DNA from: Acidobacteriota bacterium | GTDB taxonomy: Bacteria; Acidobacteriota; Vicinamibacteria; Vicinamibacterales; JAHECP01 | Direction of reading: 5' to 3' | Length of the DNA stretch: 64,000 bases | Assembly: GCA_024641665.1 (NCBI GenBank) | Contig: JAHECP010000010.1 | Span: forward strand, 3,941-67,940 | Shown: one piece after another, positions 29,675 through 40,853 of the stretch | Layout: each line of letters starts with the position of its first letter | Position numbering within the stretch: the first letter of the stretch is position 1 | Notes under the pieces: generated by a model | Told to the model about the DNA's origin: nothing | What the model saw: the letters and a program-made list of their open reading frames with translations, nothing else | The model's database searches: none | Program-made: the position numbers and the translations under genes

Positions 29675-29746
29675 CCCAAGCCCCCAGTCCCCATCCCTCG
29701 ACAGGCTCGGGATGGCCTGAGCTTGTCGAAGGCCAGCCCCCAGTCC
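29675..29746 (-). repeat. composite repeat in the actD-actE spacer: heptamers (GGGGACT/GGGGGCT) flanking a palindromic core
   Basis: Minus strand reads GGGACTGGGGGCTGG-CCTTCGACAAGCTCAGGCCATCCCGAGCCTGTCGAGGG-ATGGGGACTGGGGGCTTGGG. Confidence 0.7.
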
Positions 29747-29765
29747 CGTCCTCCCGGCCTCCATC

Positions 29766-30302
29766 TCAGTTCGCAACTTCCACCACCTCGTGAGCCGTCA
29801 ACCCGCGCAGCATCTCGCCCGTCGCGTGCCGGTCGAACTTGGGGTCGCTCGCCTCGATGACCAGGAAGAACCGGTCGCGGCTGGCGAGCGCGAAACCCGG
29901 GGCGTTGAACACGGGGTGGTACAGCAGCGGCAGCCCGTTGAGGCCGATCATCCCGAAGACCGCCGCCAGCGCCGCGAAGAGAATCGTCATCTCGAAGGTG
30001 ACCGGGATGAAGTTCGGCCAGGCGAAGTACGGCTTGCCGCCGGCGATCAGCGGGTAGTTGATGACGTTGATCCAGTACTGCAGCCCGAAGCCCGACAGCC
30101 CGCCGACGATCCCGCCGGCGAGCACGAGGAGCGGCAGGCGGCGGTCGCGGAACCGCAGCGCCTCGGCCAGCTCCTCGATCGGGAACGGCGTGTACGCGTC
30201 GAGCTTGCGGTAGCCGGCGTCGACCGCGCGCCGCGTCGCCTCGACGAGCGCGCTGGGGTCCTGGAACTCCGCCATCAGGCCGTAGATCGCAGTGTCAGCC
30301 AT
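29766..30302 (-). CDS. actD: Alternative Complex III subunit ActD
   Basis: About 178 aa with two TM helices in the C-terminal half. Follows actC. ATG 30302 is preferred because the track GTG at 30323 lies inside a heptamer array. Confidence 0.75.
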   Translation of the reverse strand: MADTAIYGLMAEFQDPSALVEATRRAVDAGYRKLDAYTPFPIEELAEALRFRDRRLPLLVLAGGIVGGLSGFGLQYWINVINYPLIAGGKPYFAWPNFIPVTFEMTILFAALAAVFGMIGLNGLPLLYHPVFNAPGFALASRDRFFLVIEASDPKFDRHATGEMLRGLTAHEVVEVAN

Positions 30303-30316
30303 ATCAGAACTCTGCA

Positions 30317-30341
30317 GGCTCACGGCTCAAAGGCTCAGGGC

Positions 30342-30345
<4 letters not shown>
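30317..30345. repeat. heptamer array (GGCTCAN)x4 at the actC-actD junction
   Basis: GGCTCAC GGCTCAA (A) GGCTCAG GGCTCAT. It overlaps the actC stop at 30342-30344. Confidence 0.7.
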
Positions 30346-31727
<1,382 letters not shown>

Positions 31728-31728
31728 G

Positions 31729-31811
31729 GGCTCAGGGCTCACGGCTCAAGGCTCACCCTTCGACTCGCTGCGCTCGCTCAGGGCAGGCGGCAGGGCTCAG
31801 GGCTCACACAG
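31729..31811. repeat. heptamer array (GGCTCAN)x4 plus a palindromic core and (GGCTCAN)x2 in the actB-actC spacer
   Basis: GGCTCAG GGCTCAC GGCTCAA GGCTCAC, then CCTTCGACTCGCTGCGCTCGCTCAGGGCAGG, then CGGCAGGGCTCAGGGCTCACACAG. Confidence 0.7.
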
Positions 31812-34800
31812 CTACGCGTGTTCCGGCGCCTGCGCGCGCCGGGCCTCCTCCAGCGTCGGGTTCGGGTTCCGCAGCGCGGCCAGATACGTAGTCCGCGGCC
31901 GCGTGTTGAGCTCGGCGAGCATGCCGTAGTTGCGCGCCTCCGCCTTCAGCGTCGCCACGCGGCTGTTCGGGTCGTTCAGATCGCCGAAGACGATCGCCTG
32001 CGACGGACAGACCTGCTCGCAGGCCGTCACCACCTCGCCGTCGCGGATCGTCCGCTTCTCCTCCTCGGCGCGGATGCGCCCGTGCGTGATGCGCTGCACG
32101 CAGTAGGTGCACTTCTCCATCACGCCGCGGCTGCGCACGGTCACGTCGGGGTTGCGCTGCAGCTTGAACGGCTCGGTCGTCCAGTCCTGGTACAGCAGGA
32201 AGTTGAACCGGCGCACCTTGTACGGGCAGTTGTTCGAGCAGTACCGCGTGCCCACGCACCGGTTGTAGACCATGTCGTTGAGGCCCTCGGAGCTGTGCAC
32301 CGTGGCCCCCACCGGGCAGACCGGCTCGCAGGGCGCGTTCTCGCACTGCATGCACGGCACCGGCTGGTTGTAGATCTCCGGGTCGTCGAGCGCGCCCGCG
32401 TAGTAGGTGTCGAGCCGGATCCACTGCATTTCGCGGCCGGCCTTGACCTGCTCCTTGCCGACCACCGCGATGTTGTTCTCGGCCTGGCACGCCGTGACGC
32501 ACGCGTTGCAGCCCGTGCACGAGGTCAGGTCGATCGCCATGCCCCACTTGTAGCCGGTGTACTCGTGCTCGGGATACAGCGTCAGCGTCCTGGGCGGCGT
32601 CTCGCCCATCTCGTGCACGAACTCGGGGTGCTCCAGGTACTCCGCCAGCGTGCCCGCGCGGAACACGTTGCGCCCTTCCATCAGGAAGTGGTGCTGCGTC
32701 GCCGCGATCTCGTGCCGGTCGCCGGTCCGCGCCACCTCGAGGCCCGCGCCGACCCACGGCGCCGCCGAGGTCCGCAGCAGGTAGGCGTTGAAGCCCACGC
32801 CGTTGCCCACGCGGCCGACCAGCGCGCGGCCGTAGCCGAGCGTGATCGACACCGCGCCGTCGGCGTGCCCGGGCACGATCCAGACCGGCGCCCGGAGCGT
32901 CCGCCCGCCGTACTTCAGCTCGACGACGTCCATGTTCGCGACGCCCAGCCGCTCGGCCGCCCGCGGGCTCATCGACGCCACGTTGTCCCACGTGATCTTG
33001 CTGTGCGGCTTCGACAGCTCCTGCAGCCAGCCGTTGTTCGCGAACCGGCCGTCGTACAGGCTCGTGTCGGCCGCGAACACCAGGTCGAGCCCCGCGGCGC
33101 CCGACGGCGGCGCGGCGGCGCCCGCGAGCGACGCGACCGGGCCCGGATCGACCGCGGAGAGCGCCGTCCCGCGGATGAACCCGTCGTTGAGCGCGGTGCG
33201 CCACAGGGTGTCGAGGTCCGGGAACGGCTTGCCGTCCGCCCCGACCATCGCCCACGCGGTCTTCGTCGTGCCCGCCAGCGCGCGCTGCCAGTAGCCCTGG
33301 ACGATGTCGTGCCCCGTGCGATCCGGCTCGGTCGAGAGCATCGCCAGCACTTCGTGGGCCGACTTCCCGTCGTAGAGCGGCGCGATGAGCGGCTGGATGA
33401 TCGTCACCGTGCCGTCGTACACCCGCGCGTCGCCCCAGGCCTCGAGGTAGTGCGTCTCGGGCAGCGTCCAGTGGCAGAACTCCGCCGTCTCGTTCGCGTG
33501 CTGGCCGAGGTACACCACCAAGCTGGCCCGCTGGATCCGCTCGGCGAACCGCAGATCCGCCGGCGCCGCGTAGACGGGGTTCCCGCCGACGACCAGCAGC
33601 AGCTCGACCTTGCCGGCGTCCAGATCCGCCGCGAGGTCCGCCAGCGACGCGGTCTGCTCCACCGGGCTCGCGTCCACCGGCTCGGTGTACTCGACCGTCC
33701 GGCCGACGCCACCGAGCGCCCGGTTCATCGCGTGCGCCAGCGCGTGCACGATCGGCGGCTGCGTCTCGCCCGCCACGACGAGCGCGCGCCCCGGGTGCGC
33801 CTGCAGGTCCTCGACGATCGCGGGGATCCACCGGTCGCGGGCCTCGGCCGGCAGCGGACCGCCGGCGACGCCCGCCACGCCGAGCGCGGTCGCCATGGCG
33901 CGCGCGAAGGCCTCGACCTCGCGCGGCGCGAGCGGCATCCGGTGGTCGGCCTTCGGCCCGGTGATGCTGACCGTCGTCTCGACCATGTAGAGCCGGTTCA
34001 TGGCCTTCTGGTCGCCGGCCACGCGCCGCCGCGCCGCGAATTCGCGCGCGTGCCGCAGGTGGTCGGGGCCCGCGCCGAGGAAGTCCGCGTCGAGCGACAG
34101 GATCACGTCGGCCTGGTCGAGGTGGTAGTGCGCGTCGAGCGGACGGCCGAACGCCAGCCGCGCGCCGGCGCGCGCCTGGTCACGGTTCACCGGCTCGTAC
34201 TGGTGCCACCTGGCCGCGGGCATCTCCTCGAGCAGCTGCTGGATCTCGTCGGCCAGCGACGGCGAGGAGATCGTCTCGGTCAGCAGTCGGAGGCCCGCGC
34301 CCTTCTGCGCCCGCTGGGCCGCCATCGCCGACTGCATCGCGCCGAGGAACGCGCTCCAGGGCCTGACCGCGCCGCGGAAGCGAACCGCCTGCATCCGGTC
34401 CGGGTCGTAGAGGTCCAGGATGGACGCCTGCGTCAGGTGGCTCGTCGCGCCGGCGCTCGCCGGATGATCGGGATTGCCCTCGATCTTGGTGGGCCGCCCC
34501 ATGTGGCTTTCCGCCAGGATGGGGTGGGCGATCCCGCCGAACGGCATGGCCGTGGCGAAGAACAGCGGCGTGCCCGGAACCACCTCTTCGGGCGCCTTCA
34601 CGTACGGCACGATGGTCTCGGTGGGCTGCTTGGTGCAGGCGCCGACGCCGGCCAGCGCCAGCGAGGCCCCCATGAGCTTCAGGAACTGCCGGCGGCCGAC
34701 CGGGTCGGTCCACTGGGCGGCCTGCTCGGAGAACTCCCGGTGCAGGTAGGCCTGGAACTCGGGCGTGTCCGCGACCTCCTCGAGGCTGCGCCAATAGGTG

Positions 34801-34847
34801 CGGCCGTCGAGGTTGGCGAGACGGTGACGAATGACTGAAAGGTCCAT
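31812..34847 (-). CDS. actB: Alternative Complex III subunit ActB (fused molybdopterin-like + 4Fe-4S ferredoxin-like domains, Tat-exported)
   Basis: 1011 aa with a twin-arginine signal (GRRQFLKLMGASLALAGVGAC). The C-terminal half carries Cys clusters CTGCNACVTAC, CMQCENAPC and CVGTRYCSNNCPYK. Confidence 0.9.
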   Translation of the reverse strand: MDLSVIRHRLANLDGRTYWRSLEEVADTPEFQAYLHREFSEQAAQWTDPVGRRQFLKLMGASLALAGVGACTKQPTETIVPYVKAPEEVVPGTPLFFATAMPFGGIAHPILAESHMGRPTKIEGNPDHPASAGATSHLTQASILDLYDPDRMQAVRFRGAVRPWSAFLGAMQSAMAAQRAQKGAGLRLLTETISSPSLADEIQQLLEEMPAARWHQYEPVNRDQARAGARLAFGRPLDAHYHLDQADVILSLDADFLGAGPDHLRHAREFAARRRVAGDQKAMNRLYMVETTVSITGPKADHRMPLAPREVEAFARAMATALGVAGVAGGPLPAEARDRWIPAIVEDLQAHPGRALVVAGETQPPIVHALAHAMNRALGGVGRTVEYTEPVDASPVEQTASLADLAADLDAGKVELLLVVGGNPVYAAPADLRFAERIQRASLVVYLGQHANETAEFCHWTLPETHYLEAWGDARVYDGTVTIIQPLIAPLYDGKSAHEVLAMLSTEPDRTGHDIVQGYWQRALAGTTKTAWAMVGADGKPFPDLDTLWRTALNDGFIRGTALSAVDPGPVASLAGAAAPPSGAAGLDLVFAADTSLYDGRFANNGWLQELSKPHSKITWDNVASMSPRAAERLGVANMDVVELKYGGRTLRAPVWIVPGHADGAVSITLGYGRALVGRVGNGVGFNAYLLRTSAAPWVGAGLEVARTGDRHEIAATQHHFLMEGRNVFRAGTLAEYLEHPEFVHEMGETPPRTLTLYPEHEYTGYKWGMAIDLTSCTGCNACVTACQAENNIAVVGKEQVKAGREMQWIRLDTYYAGALDDPEIYNQPVPCMQCENAPCEPVCPVGATVHSSEGLNDMVYNRCVGTRYCSNNCPYKVRRFNFLLYQDWTTEPFKLQRNPDVTVRSRGVMEKCTYCVQRITHGRIRAEEEKRTIRDGEVVTACEQVCPSQAIVFGDLNDPNSRVATLKAEARNYGMLAELNTRPRTTYLAALRNPNPTLEEARRAQAPEHA

Positions 34848-34895
34848 GGAATCGGTGTCTGTCCGGCCAACCGTGACCTGGTCCGTGGCGTCGCC

Positions 34896-35555
34896 TCAGC
34901 GGTGGCAGGTCGAGCAGCTCGTGATCTGCTGCACGCCTGCGACGTTGTATTCCTTCACCAGACGCCGGCCGAGCTCGATCTGGTTGGCCGGCGGCTGATA
35001 CTGCATGTTGAACACCTGGTCCCGCGGCCGAAGGAACTCCTCCGGGTGGCGGTGGCAGTTGATGCACCACTCCATCTGCAGGGTGTTCTCCTTGTACATG
35101 AGGGGCATCTGGTCGACCCGGCCATGGCAGGTCGCGCAGCCGACGCCCTTGCTCACGTGGATGGAGTGGTCGAAGTAGACGAAGTCGGGCAGGTCGTGCA
35201 CGCGCGTCCACGCGAGCGGCGTGTCGTTGCGGAAGCTCGCCCGCACCGGCTCGAGCAGGGCCGCGTTCGTGAAGAGCTGCGAGTGACAGTTCATGCAGGT
35301 CTTCGTCGGCGGGATGTTCGCGAAGCCCGAGGTCTCCACCGTGGTGTGGCAGTACCGGCAGTCGATGCCCATGCCGCCCGCGTGGTGCTTGTGGCTGAAG
35401 GGGACCGGCTGGGGTCTGGGGACGTCGACGCGCGTGATGTAGTCCGAACGGGGGACCGCGACGATCAACCAGCCGAACACGCCGCCGGCCAGCACGACCG
35501 CCACGAGACTCGCGCGGGCAAGGGTGTTGGCATTCTTGGTGAAGATCTGGCTCAT
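34896..35555 (-). CDS. actA: Alternative Complex III subunit ActA (pentaheme cytochrome c)
   Basis: Five CxxCH motifs: CRYCH, CMNCH, CATCH, CINCH, CSTCH. N-terminal anchor MSQIFTKNANTLARASLVAVVLAGG. Start taken at ATG 35555. Confidence 0.9.
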   Translation of the reverse strand: MSQIFTKNANTLARASLVAVVLAGGVFGWLIVAVPRSDYITRVDVPRPQPVPFSHKHHAGGMGIDCRYCHTTVETSGFANIPPTKTCMNCHSQLFTNAALLEPVRASFRNDTPLAWTRVHDLPDFVYFDHSIHVSKGVGCATCHGRVDQMPLMYKENTLQMEWCINCHRHPEEFLRPRDQVFNMQYQPPANQIELGRRLVKEYNVAGVQQITSCSTCHR

Positions 35556-35715
35556 GCGGTTTCCGCTCGCGATGCGCGCGCTCGCCCCGTCTGCACCGGG
35601 TCCGGACGCCTGCCTGTTGGGAGGAAGACGGCCGCGAGTATAGCCCACGCGCGCGCACATTCGCCACGCGCGGCTGAGCTGGAGTTGAACTGGTCCGAGA
35701 TGCGACCTCTTATGA

Positions 35716-35731
35716 TGTGAAACCTTTCACA
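35716..35731. promoter_or_regulatory. perfect CRP/FNR-family type palindrome TGTGA-N6-TCACA upstream of actA
   Basis: TGTGAAACCTTTCACA, a 7+7 perfect inverted repeat. It sits in a locally AT-richer patch 161 nt upstream of the actA start and 245 nt upstream of the divergent nitroreductase gene. Confidence 0.45.
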
Positions 35732-35857
35732 ATGCTGTCAATGGTCTTTCCCGATCGGGCACGCGGCGCCGGGGGCCGCCGGCCTAAGATGCGACTGGAT
35801 CTCAGAAAGCCGGACCTGGACCGGGACGCGGAATGAGCCACGAAATGAACGACGGGC

Positions 35858-35892
35858 GGGGACTGGGGACTGGGGGCTGCGAACTGGGGGCC
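35858..35892. repeat. heptamer array GGGGACT GGGGACT GGGGGCT GCGAACT GGGGGCC
   Basis: Exact period 7, in the divergent spacer between actA and the nitroreductase gene. Confidence 0.7.
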
Positions 35893-35976
35893 GAGAGCTG
35901 TGAGCGAGGGAGTGGAGGGCGCGACGGAATGGGCTACGCAAGGGGCCCGGAAGCCCCACGTTAGAATGAGAGCCCC

Positions 35977-36663
<687 letters not shown>

Positions 36664-36664
36664 A

Positions 36665-36800
36665 ATGTCGAATGTCGAATGTCGAATGTCGAATGTCGAA
36701 TTCAAGGTCATCTGTCACGCCGGCGTTGCCGATCGCCGCCGGCGCGCCGTGATCGAGCGGTCTTCACTTCGACATTCAGCATTCGACATTCGGCATTCCC
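36665..36800. repeat. inverted heptamer arrays (ATGTCGA)x5 ... (TTCGACA-like)x5 around a GC-hairpin core
   Basis: Left arm 36665-36699, right arm 36761-36800. The core contains TGTCACGC (36713-36720) and the stem CACGCCGGCG/CGCCGGCG. Confidence 0.8.
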
Positions 36801-36812
36801 AGGATTCAGCCC

Positions 36813-37439
36813 ATGGCCGAAGGCACCAACACACTCGTCCGTGACGCCCTCGCCGCGATGCCCGCGCCGGTCGTGCTGCACCTGTTCACCGACCGGCGGA
36901 CCGCGGGCGCGTCGGCTGAGGCGCGCCGACTCCTGGCCGAGCTGGTGCCGCTCGCGGACCGGCTCGCGCTCGAGGAGCACGACGCGGCGGCCGACCCTGC
37001 CGCGGCCGCGCGGTTCGGGATCGCCCGCACGCCGGCCGTCGCGGTGGTCGGCGACCGCGACCGCGGCGTGCGCGTCTACGGCGCGCCGGGCGGCTACGAG
37101 TTCCTCACGCTGGTGGACACGATCCTGCTCGTGTCGGCGGGCGACTCGGGCCTCTCGGCGGCGAGCCGCGCGCGGCTCGCCGGCCTCACCGCGCCGGTGG
37201 ACGTCAAAGTGTTCGTGACCGCGACCTGCGCATCCTGTCCGCGGATGGTGAGCCTCGCGCACCGCGCGGCCATCGAATCCGACCTCGTCACCGCCTCCTC
37301 CATCGTCGCCACCGAGTTTCCCGACCTGGTCAAGGAGTACAAGGTGACCGGCGTGCCGAAGACCGTGGTGGGAGACAGGACGGAGATTTATGGAGTGGTG
37401 GAGGAGGAGGAGCTGATCAAGACCATCGTCGAATGCTGA
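36813..37439 (+). CDS. thioredoxin/glutaredoxin-like protein disulfide oxidoreductase (two thioredoxin-fold halves)
   Basis: 208 aa with a CxxC motif (TATCASCPRM), followed by EFPDLVKEYKVTGVPKTVV. Confidence 0.75.
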   Translation: MAEGTNTLVRDALAAMPAPVVLHLFTDRRTAGASAEARRLLAELVPLADRLALEEHDAAADPAAAARFGIARTPAVAVVGDRDRGVRVYGAPGGYEFLTLVDTILLVSAGDSGLSAASRARLAGLTAPVDVKVFVTATCASCPRMVSLAHRAAIESDLVTASSIVATEFPDLVKEYKVTGVPKTVVGDRTEIYGVVEEEELIKTIVEC

Positions 37440-37560
37440 AGGTCGAATGCTGAATGTCGAATGAAAGGCTCGTGTCACGCTGCAGGTTCGACATTCAGGA
37501 TTCGGCATTCCGTCATTCGGCATTCAATTCGACATTCGACATTCCCAATTCGACATTCGG
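37427..37560. repeat. inverted heptamer arrays (TGTCGAA/TGCTGAA)x5 ... (TTCGACA/TTCGGCA)x10
   Basis: Left arm 37427-37461 overlaps the stop codon at 37437. The core has TGTCACGC at 37473-37480. Right arm 37487-37560. Confidence 0.8.
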
Positions 37561-37568
37561 ACACGATC

Positions 37569-38513
37569 ATGGACCATCCCACTCCCCGCTCTTCCTTCCG
37601 TTCCCCCCGGTTCGCCCAGCCGCCGACCTTCATGCGGTTGCCGCACCGGGAGGATCTCACCGGCGTGGACGTCGCGATCGTGGGCGTGCCGTACGACGGC
37701 GGGACGTCGTACCGGGTCGGGTCGCGGCACGGGCCGCGCGAGATCCGCAGCCAGTCGTCGCTCATCCGCACCTACAGCTACTTCCAGAAGGTGGCGCCGT
37801 TCGACCGGCTGACGGTGGTGGACGCGGGCGATCTCGACGTGCCGCCGGTGGGCAGCATCGAGCAGGCCTACGCCGCGATCGAGGCGGGCATCGCGCGGAT
37901 CCTGGCCGCCGGCGCGACGCCGATGGCCGTGGGAGGCGACCACTCGATCTCGCTGCCGATCCTCCGGGCCGTCACCCGGGCGCACGGGCCGGTCGGCCTC
38001 GTGCAGTTCGACTCGCACATCGACACGTGGCCCGAGTACTTCGGCGGGAAGTACTTCCACGGCTCACCGTTCTACTGGGCGGTGGAGGAGGGGCTGGTAG
38101 ACCCCGCGCGCTTCGTGCAGGTGGGCATCCGCGGGCCGGGCTACGGCGACGACGACTTCGACTTCCACCGCCGGCGCGGCATGACGGTGGTGCTGATCGA
38201 CCAGGTGAAGGCCGAGGGCGTGGACCGGACGATCGAGGCCGTGCGCCGCGTGCTTGACGGTCCGACCTATGTCAGCTTCGACATCGACGCGGTGGACCCC
38301 GCGTTCGCGCCCGGCACCGGCACGCCGGAGGTGGGCGGCCTGACCAGCCACGAGGCGCAGCGCCTGGTGCGCGGTCTGGGCGGTCTGCCCATCGTCGGGT
38401 GCGACCTGGTGGAGGTGTCGCCGCAGTACGACGGCCCGGGGCAGATCACCGCGCTGCTGGCCGCCAACCTGCTGTTCGAGATGCTGTGCGTCATCGCACG
38501 CGGACGCGGGTGA
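37569..38513 (+). CDS. speB: agmatinase (arginase/ureohydrolase family)
   Basis: ATG at 37569, because upstream of it the track ORF reads through the repeat array. Contains [28 protein letters not shown] and DSHIDTW Mn-binding motifs. Confidence 0.9.
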   Translation: MDHPTPRSSFRSPRFAQPPTFMRLPHREDLTGVDVAIVGVPYDGGTSYRVGSRHGPREIRSQSSLIRTYSYFQKVAPFDRLTVVDAGDLDVPPVGSIEQAYAAIEAGIARILAAGATPMAVGGDHSISLPILRAVTRAHGPVGLVQFDSHIDTWPEYFGGKYFHGSPFYWAVEEGLVDPARFVQVGIRGPGYGDDDFDFHRRRGMTVVLIDQVKAEGVDRTIEAVRRVLDGPTYVSFDIDAVDPAFAPGTGTPEVGGLTSHEAQRLVRGLGGLPIVGCDLVEVSPQYDGPGQITALLAANLLFEMLCVIARGRG

Positions 38514-38697
38514 CGGATCAGCGGTCAGCGGTCAGGGCGGCCCAGCAGTCAGCCGTCAGGGGGCAGGGGTCAGGAAGAGCACTCTTGGACGGCGTCACGG
38601 CGTGACAGCGTGACACGCTCTTCCTGACCGCTGACTGCTGACCGCTGACTGCTGACCCCTGACCGCTGACGGCTGACCCCTGACGGCTGACCCCTGG
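38511..38697. repeat. inverted heptamer arrays (TCAGCGG-like)x9 ... (GACCGCT/GACTGCT/GACCCCT)x10 around a hairpin core
   Basis: Core stem is AGGAAGAGC (38572-38580) with GCTCTTCCT (38617-38625). It encloses GTCACGGCGTGAC and two copies of GCGTGACA. Confidence 0.85.
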
Positions 38698-38737
38698 CGC
38701 AGCTCGACGGTATAGAATGCCGCCGAGAGGTCTTCCC

Positions 38738-40621
38738 ATGAGACGCGTGGTCCGCTTCCGGGTCGGGTTGGTGCTGGCCCTCGTGCTCGCCGGCGCGGTG
38801 TCGGCGGTGGCGCAGGCGCCGATCGTGTACAAGGTGACGGTGCCCGAGCCGCAGCACCGGTGGCTGCAGGTCGAGGCGACCTTCCCGGACATCGGCCGCG
38901 CGCCGCTGCACCTGCAGATGAGCCGCTCGTCGCCGGGACGCTACGCGCTGCACGAGTTCGCGAAGAACCTGTTCGAGATCAAGGCGTACGACGGCAAGGG
39001 GCTGGAGCTGGCGCTGCTGCGCCTGACGCCGTCGGAGTGGAGCGTCTCGGGCCACGACGGCACGGTGCGCGTGGTCTACAAGCTGTACGGCGACCGGATC
39101 GACGGCACCTACCTCGCCGTGGACACGACGCACGAGCACCTGAACATGCCTGCCACGTTCATGTGGGCGCGCGGGCTCGAGGACCGGCCGATCCGGGTGC
39201 AGTTCGCCCCGTCCAACCCGGCGTGGAAGGTGGCGACGCAGCTGTTCCCGACCTCCGACCCGATGGTGTTCACCGCGCCGAACCTCCAGTACTTCATGGA
39301 CAGCCCGACCGAGGTCGGGCCCGTGTCGATTCGCACCTTCACCCTGGCCAACCCGGACGGCCGGCGGTTCGAGTTCCGCGTGGCGCTGCACCACGACGGC
39401 TCCGACGCCGACGTGGACGACTACGCGGCGAACGTCGAGAAGATCGTGCGCGAGGAGCAGGCGGTCTACGGCGAGTTCCCGGACTACGACACGGGCACCT
39501 ACACGGTGATCGCCGACTACCTGCCCTATTCGGACGGCGACGGCATGGAGCACCGCAACAGCACGATCGTGACCTCGCGGCTCTCGATTGCGGACCCGCA
39601 GCAGCGCATGCGCGCGCTCGGCACGGTGGCGCACGAGTTCTTCCACTGTTGGAACGTCGAGCGCATCCGGCCGGCCGGCCTCGAGCCGTTCGACTTCACC
39701 CGCGCCAACATGTCGGACGGTCTCTGGCTCGCCGAGGGCTTCACGCAGTACTACGGCGGCCTGATCCTGGCGCGCGCCGGCCTCGTCGACGTGAACCGGG
39801 CCGCGTCGGGCTTCGGCCGCTCGGTGAACGCCGTCGTGAACGGCTCGGGGCGCCTGTTCCGCTCGGCGGCCGAGATGAGCCGTCTGGCGCCCTTCGTGGA
39901 CGCCGCACGCGCGGTGGACCGAACGGACCTCCAGACCACGTTCATCTCGTACTACACCTGGGGCGCGGCGATCGCGCTCGGCCTCGACCTCTCGCTCCGC
40001 GAGATGAGCGGCGGCAAGCTCTCCCTCGACGACTACATGCGCGCGCTGTGGCGCGTGCACGGCAAGCCCGGCGGTCCCGCGCCCGGCCTGGTGGCGAAGC
40101 CCTACACGCTGCGCGACGCGCGCGACCGGCTGGCCGAGGTGTCGGGCAGCCGCTCGTTCGCCAACGACTTCTTCGACCACTACGTCGAGGGACGCGACGT
40201 GCCGGACTACGCGACGTTCGTCGAGCCGGCCGGGCTCGTCGTGCGCAAGCGCAACGCCGGCGCGGCGTGGATGGGCCAGTTCGGCGTCGAAGCGGCCGGC
40301 CAGGGCGTGGGCATCACGACGCTCGTCCCGCCCGGCACGCCCGCCTACGCCGCCGGCCTCGAGCAGGACGACATCATCAGGAGCCTGGACGGGGACGCGG
40401 TGAGCTCACCCGCGCGGCTGCAGGAGATCCTCAAGCGTCACAAACCCGGCGACGAGATCAAAGTGGAGTTCGTCCGGCGCAGCGGGCCCGTCAGCGCCAC
40501 GATCGCCCTCGTCGAGGATCCGTTGCTCGAGATCGTCACCCTCGAGTCCACCGGCGGCACGCCCACCGACGCCCAGAAGGCGTTCCGCACGGCGTGGCTC
40601 GGCACGCATCAGCGACAGTAG
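38738..40621 (+). CDS. M61-family glycyl aminopeptidase with a C-terminal PDZ domain
   Basis: HExxH motif (VAHEFFHCWNVERIRP), signal peptide (VLALVLAGAVSAVAQA) and a PDZ-like segment (GLEQDDIIRSLDGDAV). ATG 38738 follows GAGAGG. ATG 38717 is an alternative start. Confidence 0.85.
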   Translation: MRRVVRFRVGLVLALVLAGAVSAVAQAPIVYKVTVPEPQHRWLQVEATFPDIGRAPLHLQMSRSSPGRYALHEFAKNLFEIKAYDGKGLELALLRLTPSEWSVSGHDGTVRVVYKLYGDRIDGTYLAVDTTHEHLNMPATFMWARGLEDRPIRVQFAPSNPAWKVATQLFPTSDPMVFTAPNLQYFMDSPTEVGPVSIRTFTLANPDGRRFEFRVALHHDGSDADVDDYAANVEKIVREEQAVYGEFPDYDTGTYTVIADYLPYSDGDGMEHRNSTIVTSRLSIADPQQRMRALGTVAHEFFHCWNVERIRPAGLEPFDFTRANMSDGLWLAEGFTQYYGGLILARAGLVDVNRAASGFGRSVNAVVNGSGRLFRSAAEMSRLAPFVDAARAVDRTDLQTTFISYYTWGAAIALGLDLSLREMSGGKLSLDDYMRALWRVHGKPGGPAPGLVAKPYTLRDARDRLAEVSGSRSFANDFFDHYVEGRDVPDYATFVEPAGLVVRKRNAGAAWMGQFGVEAAGQGVGITTLVPPGTPAYAAGLEQDDIIRSLDGDAVSSPARLQEILKRHKPGDEIKVEFVRRSGPVSATIALVEDPLLEIVTLESTGGTPTDAQKAFRTAWLGTHQRQ

Positions 40622-40750
40622 CCGAATGTCGAATGGCGAATGTCGAATGCTGAATGTCGAATGGTGAGCCGGAGGCCGGAGGCCAGGTGCCGGAGGCCTG
40701 AGAACCTGAGAACCTGAGAACCTGAGAACCCGAGAACCCGAGAACCCCCG
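40621..40750. repeat. three abutting heptamer families: (TGTCGAA)x6, (CCGGAGG)x4, (CTGAGAA/CCGAGAA)x7
   Basis: Read directly from the sequence between the M61 stop (40619-40621) and fumC. Exact period 7 throughout. Confidence 0.85.
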
Positions 40751-40853
40751 AACCGACAAGAAACACTCCTCTATTCGACTCCGTCCTGTCTTCCGGGTAC
40801 AATCGAAATACAGTCACCATTTCCTCTTCTCCCCCCGGCGTGAAGGAGGGCAG

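Noticed and set aside
36665-40750. CRISPR array interpretation of the short tandem repeats
   Set aside because: The units are 7 nt and directly abutting, with no unique spacers. No cas genes are in the window.
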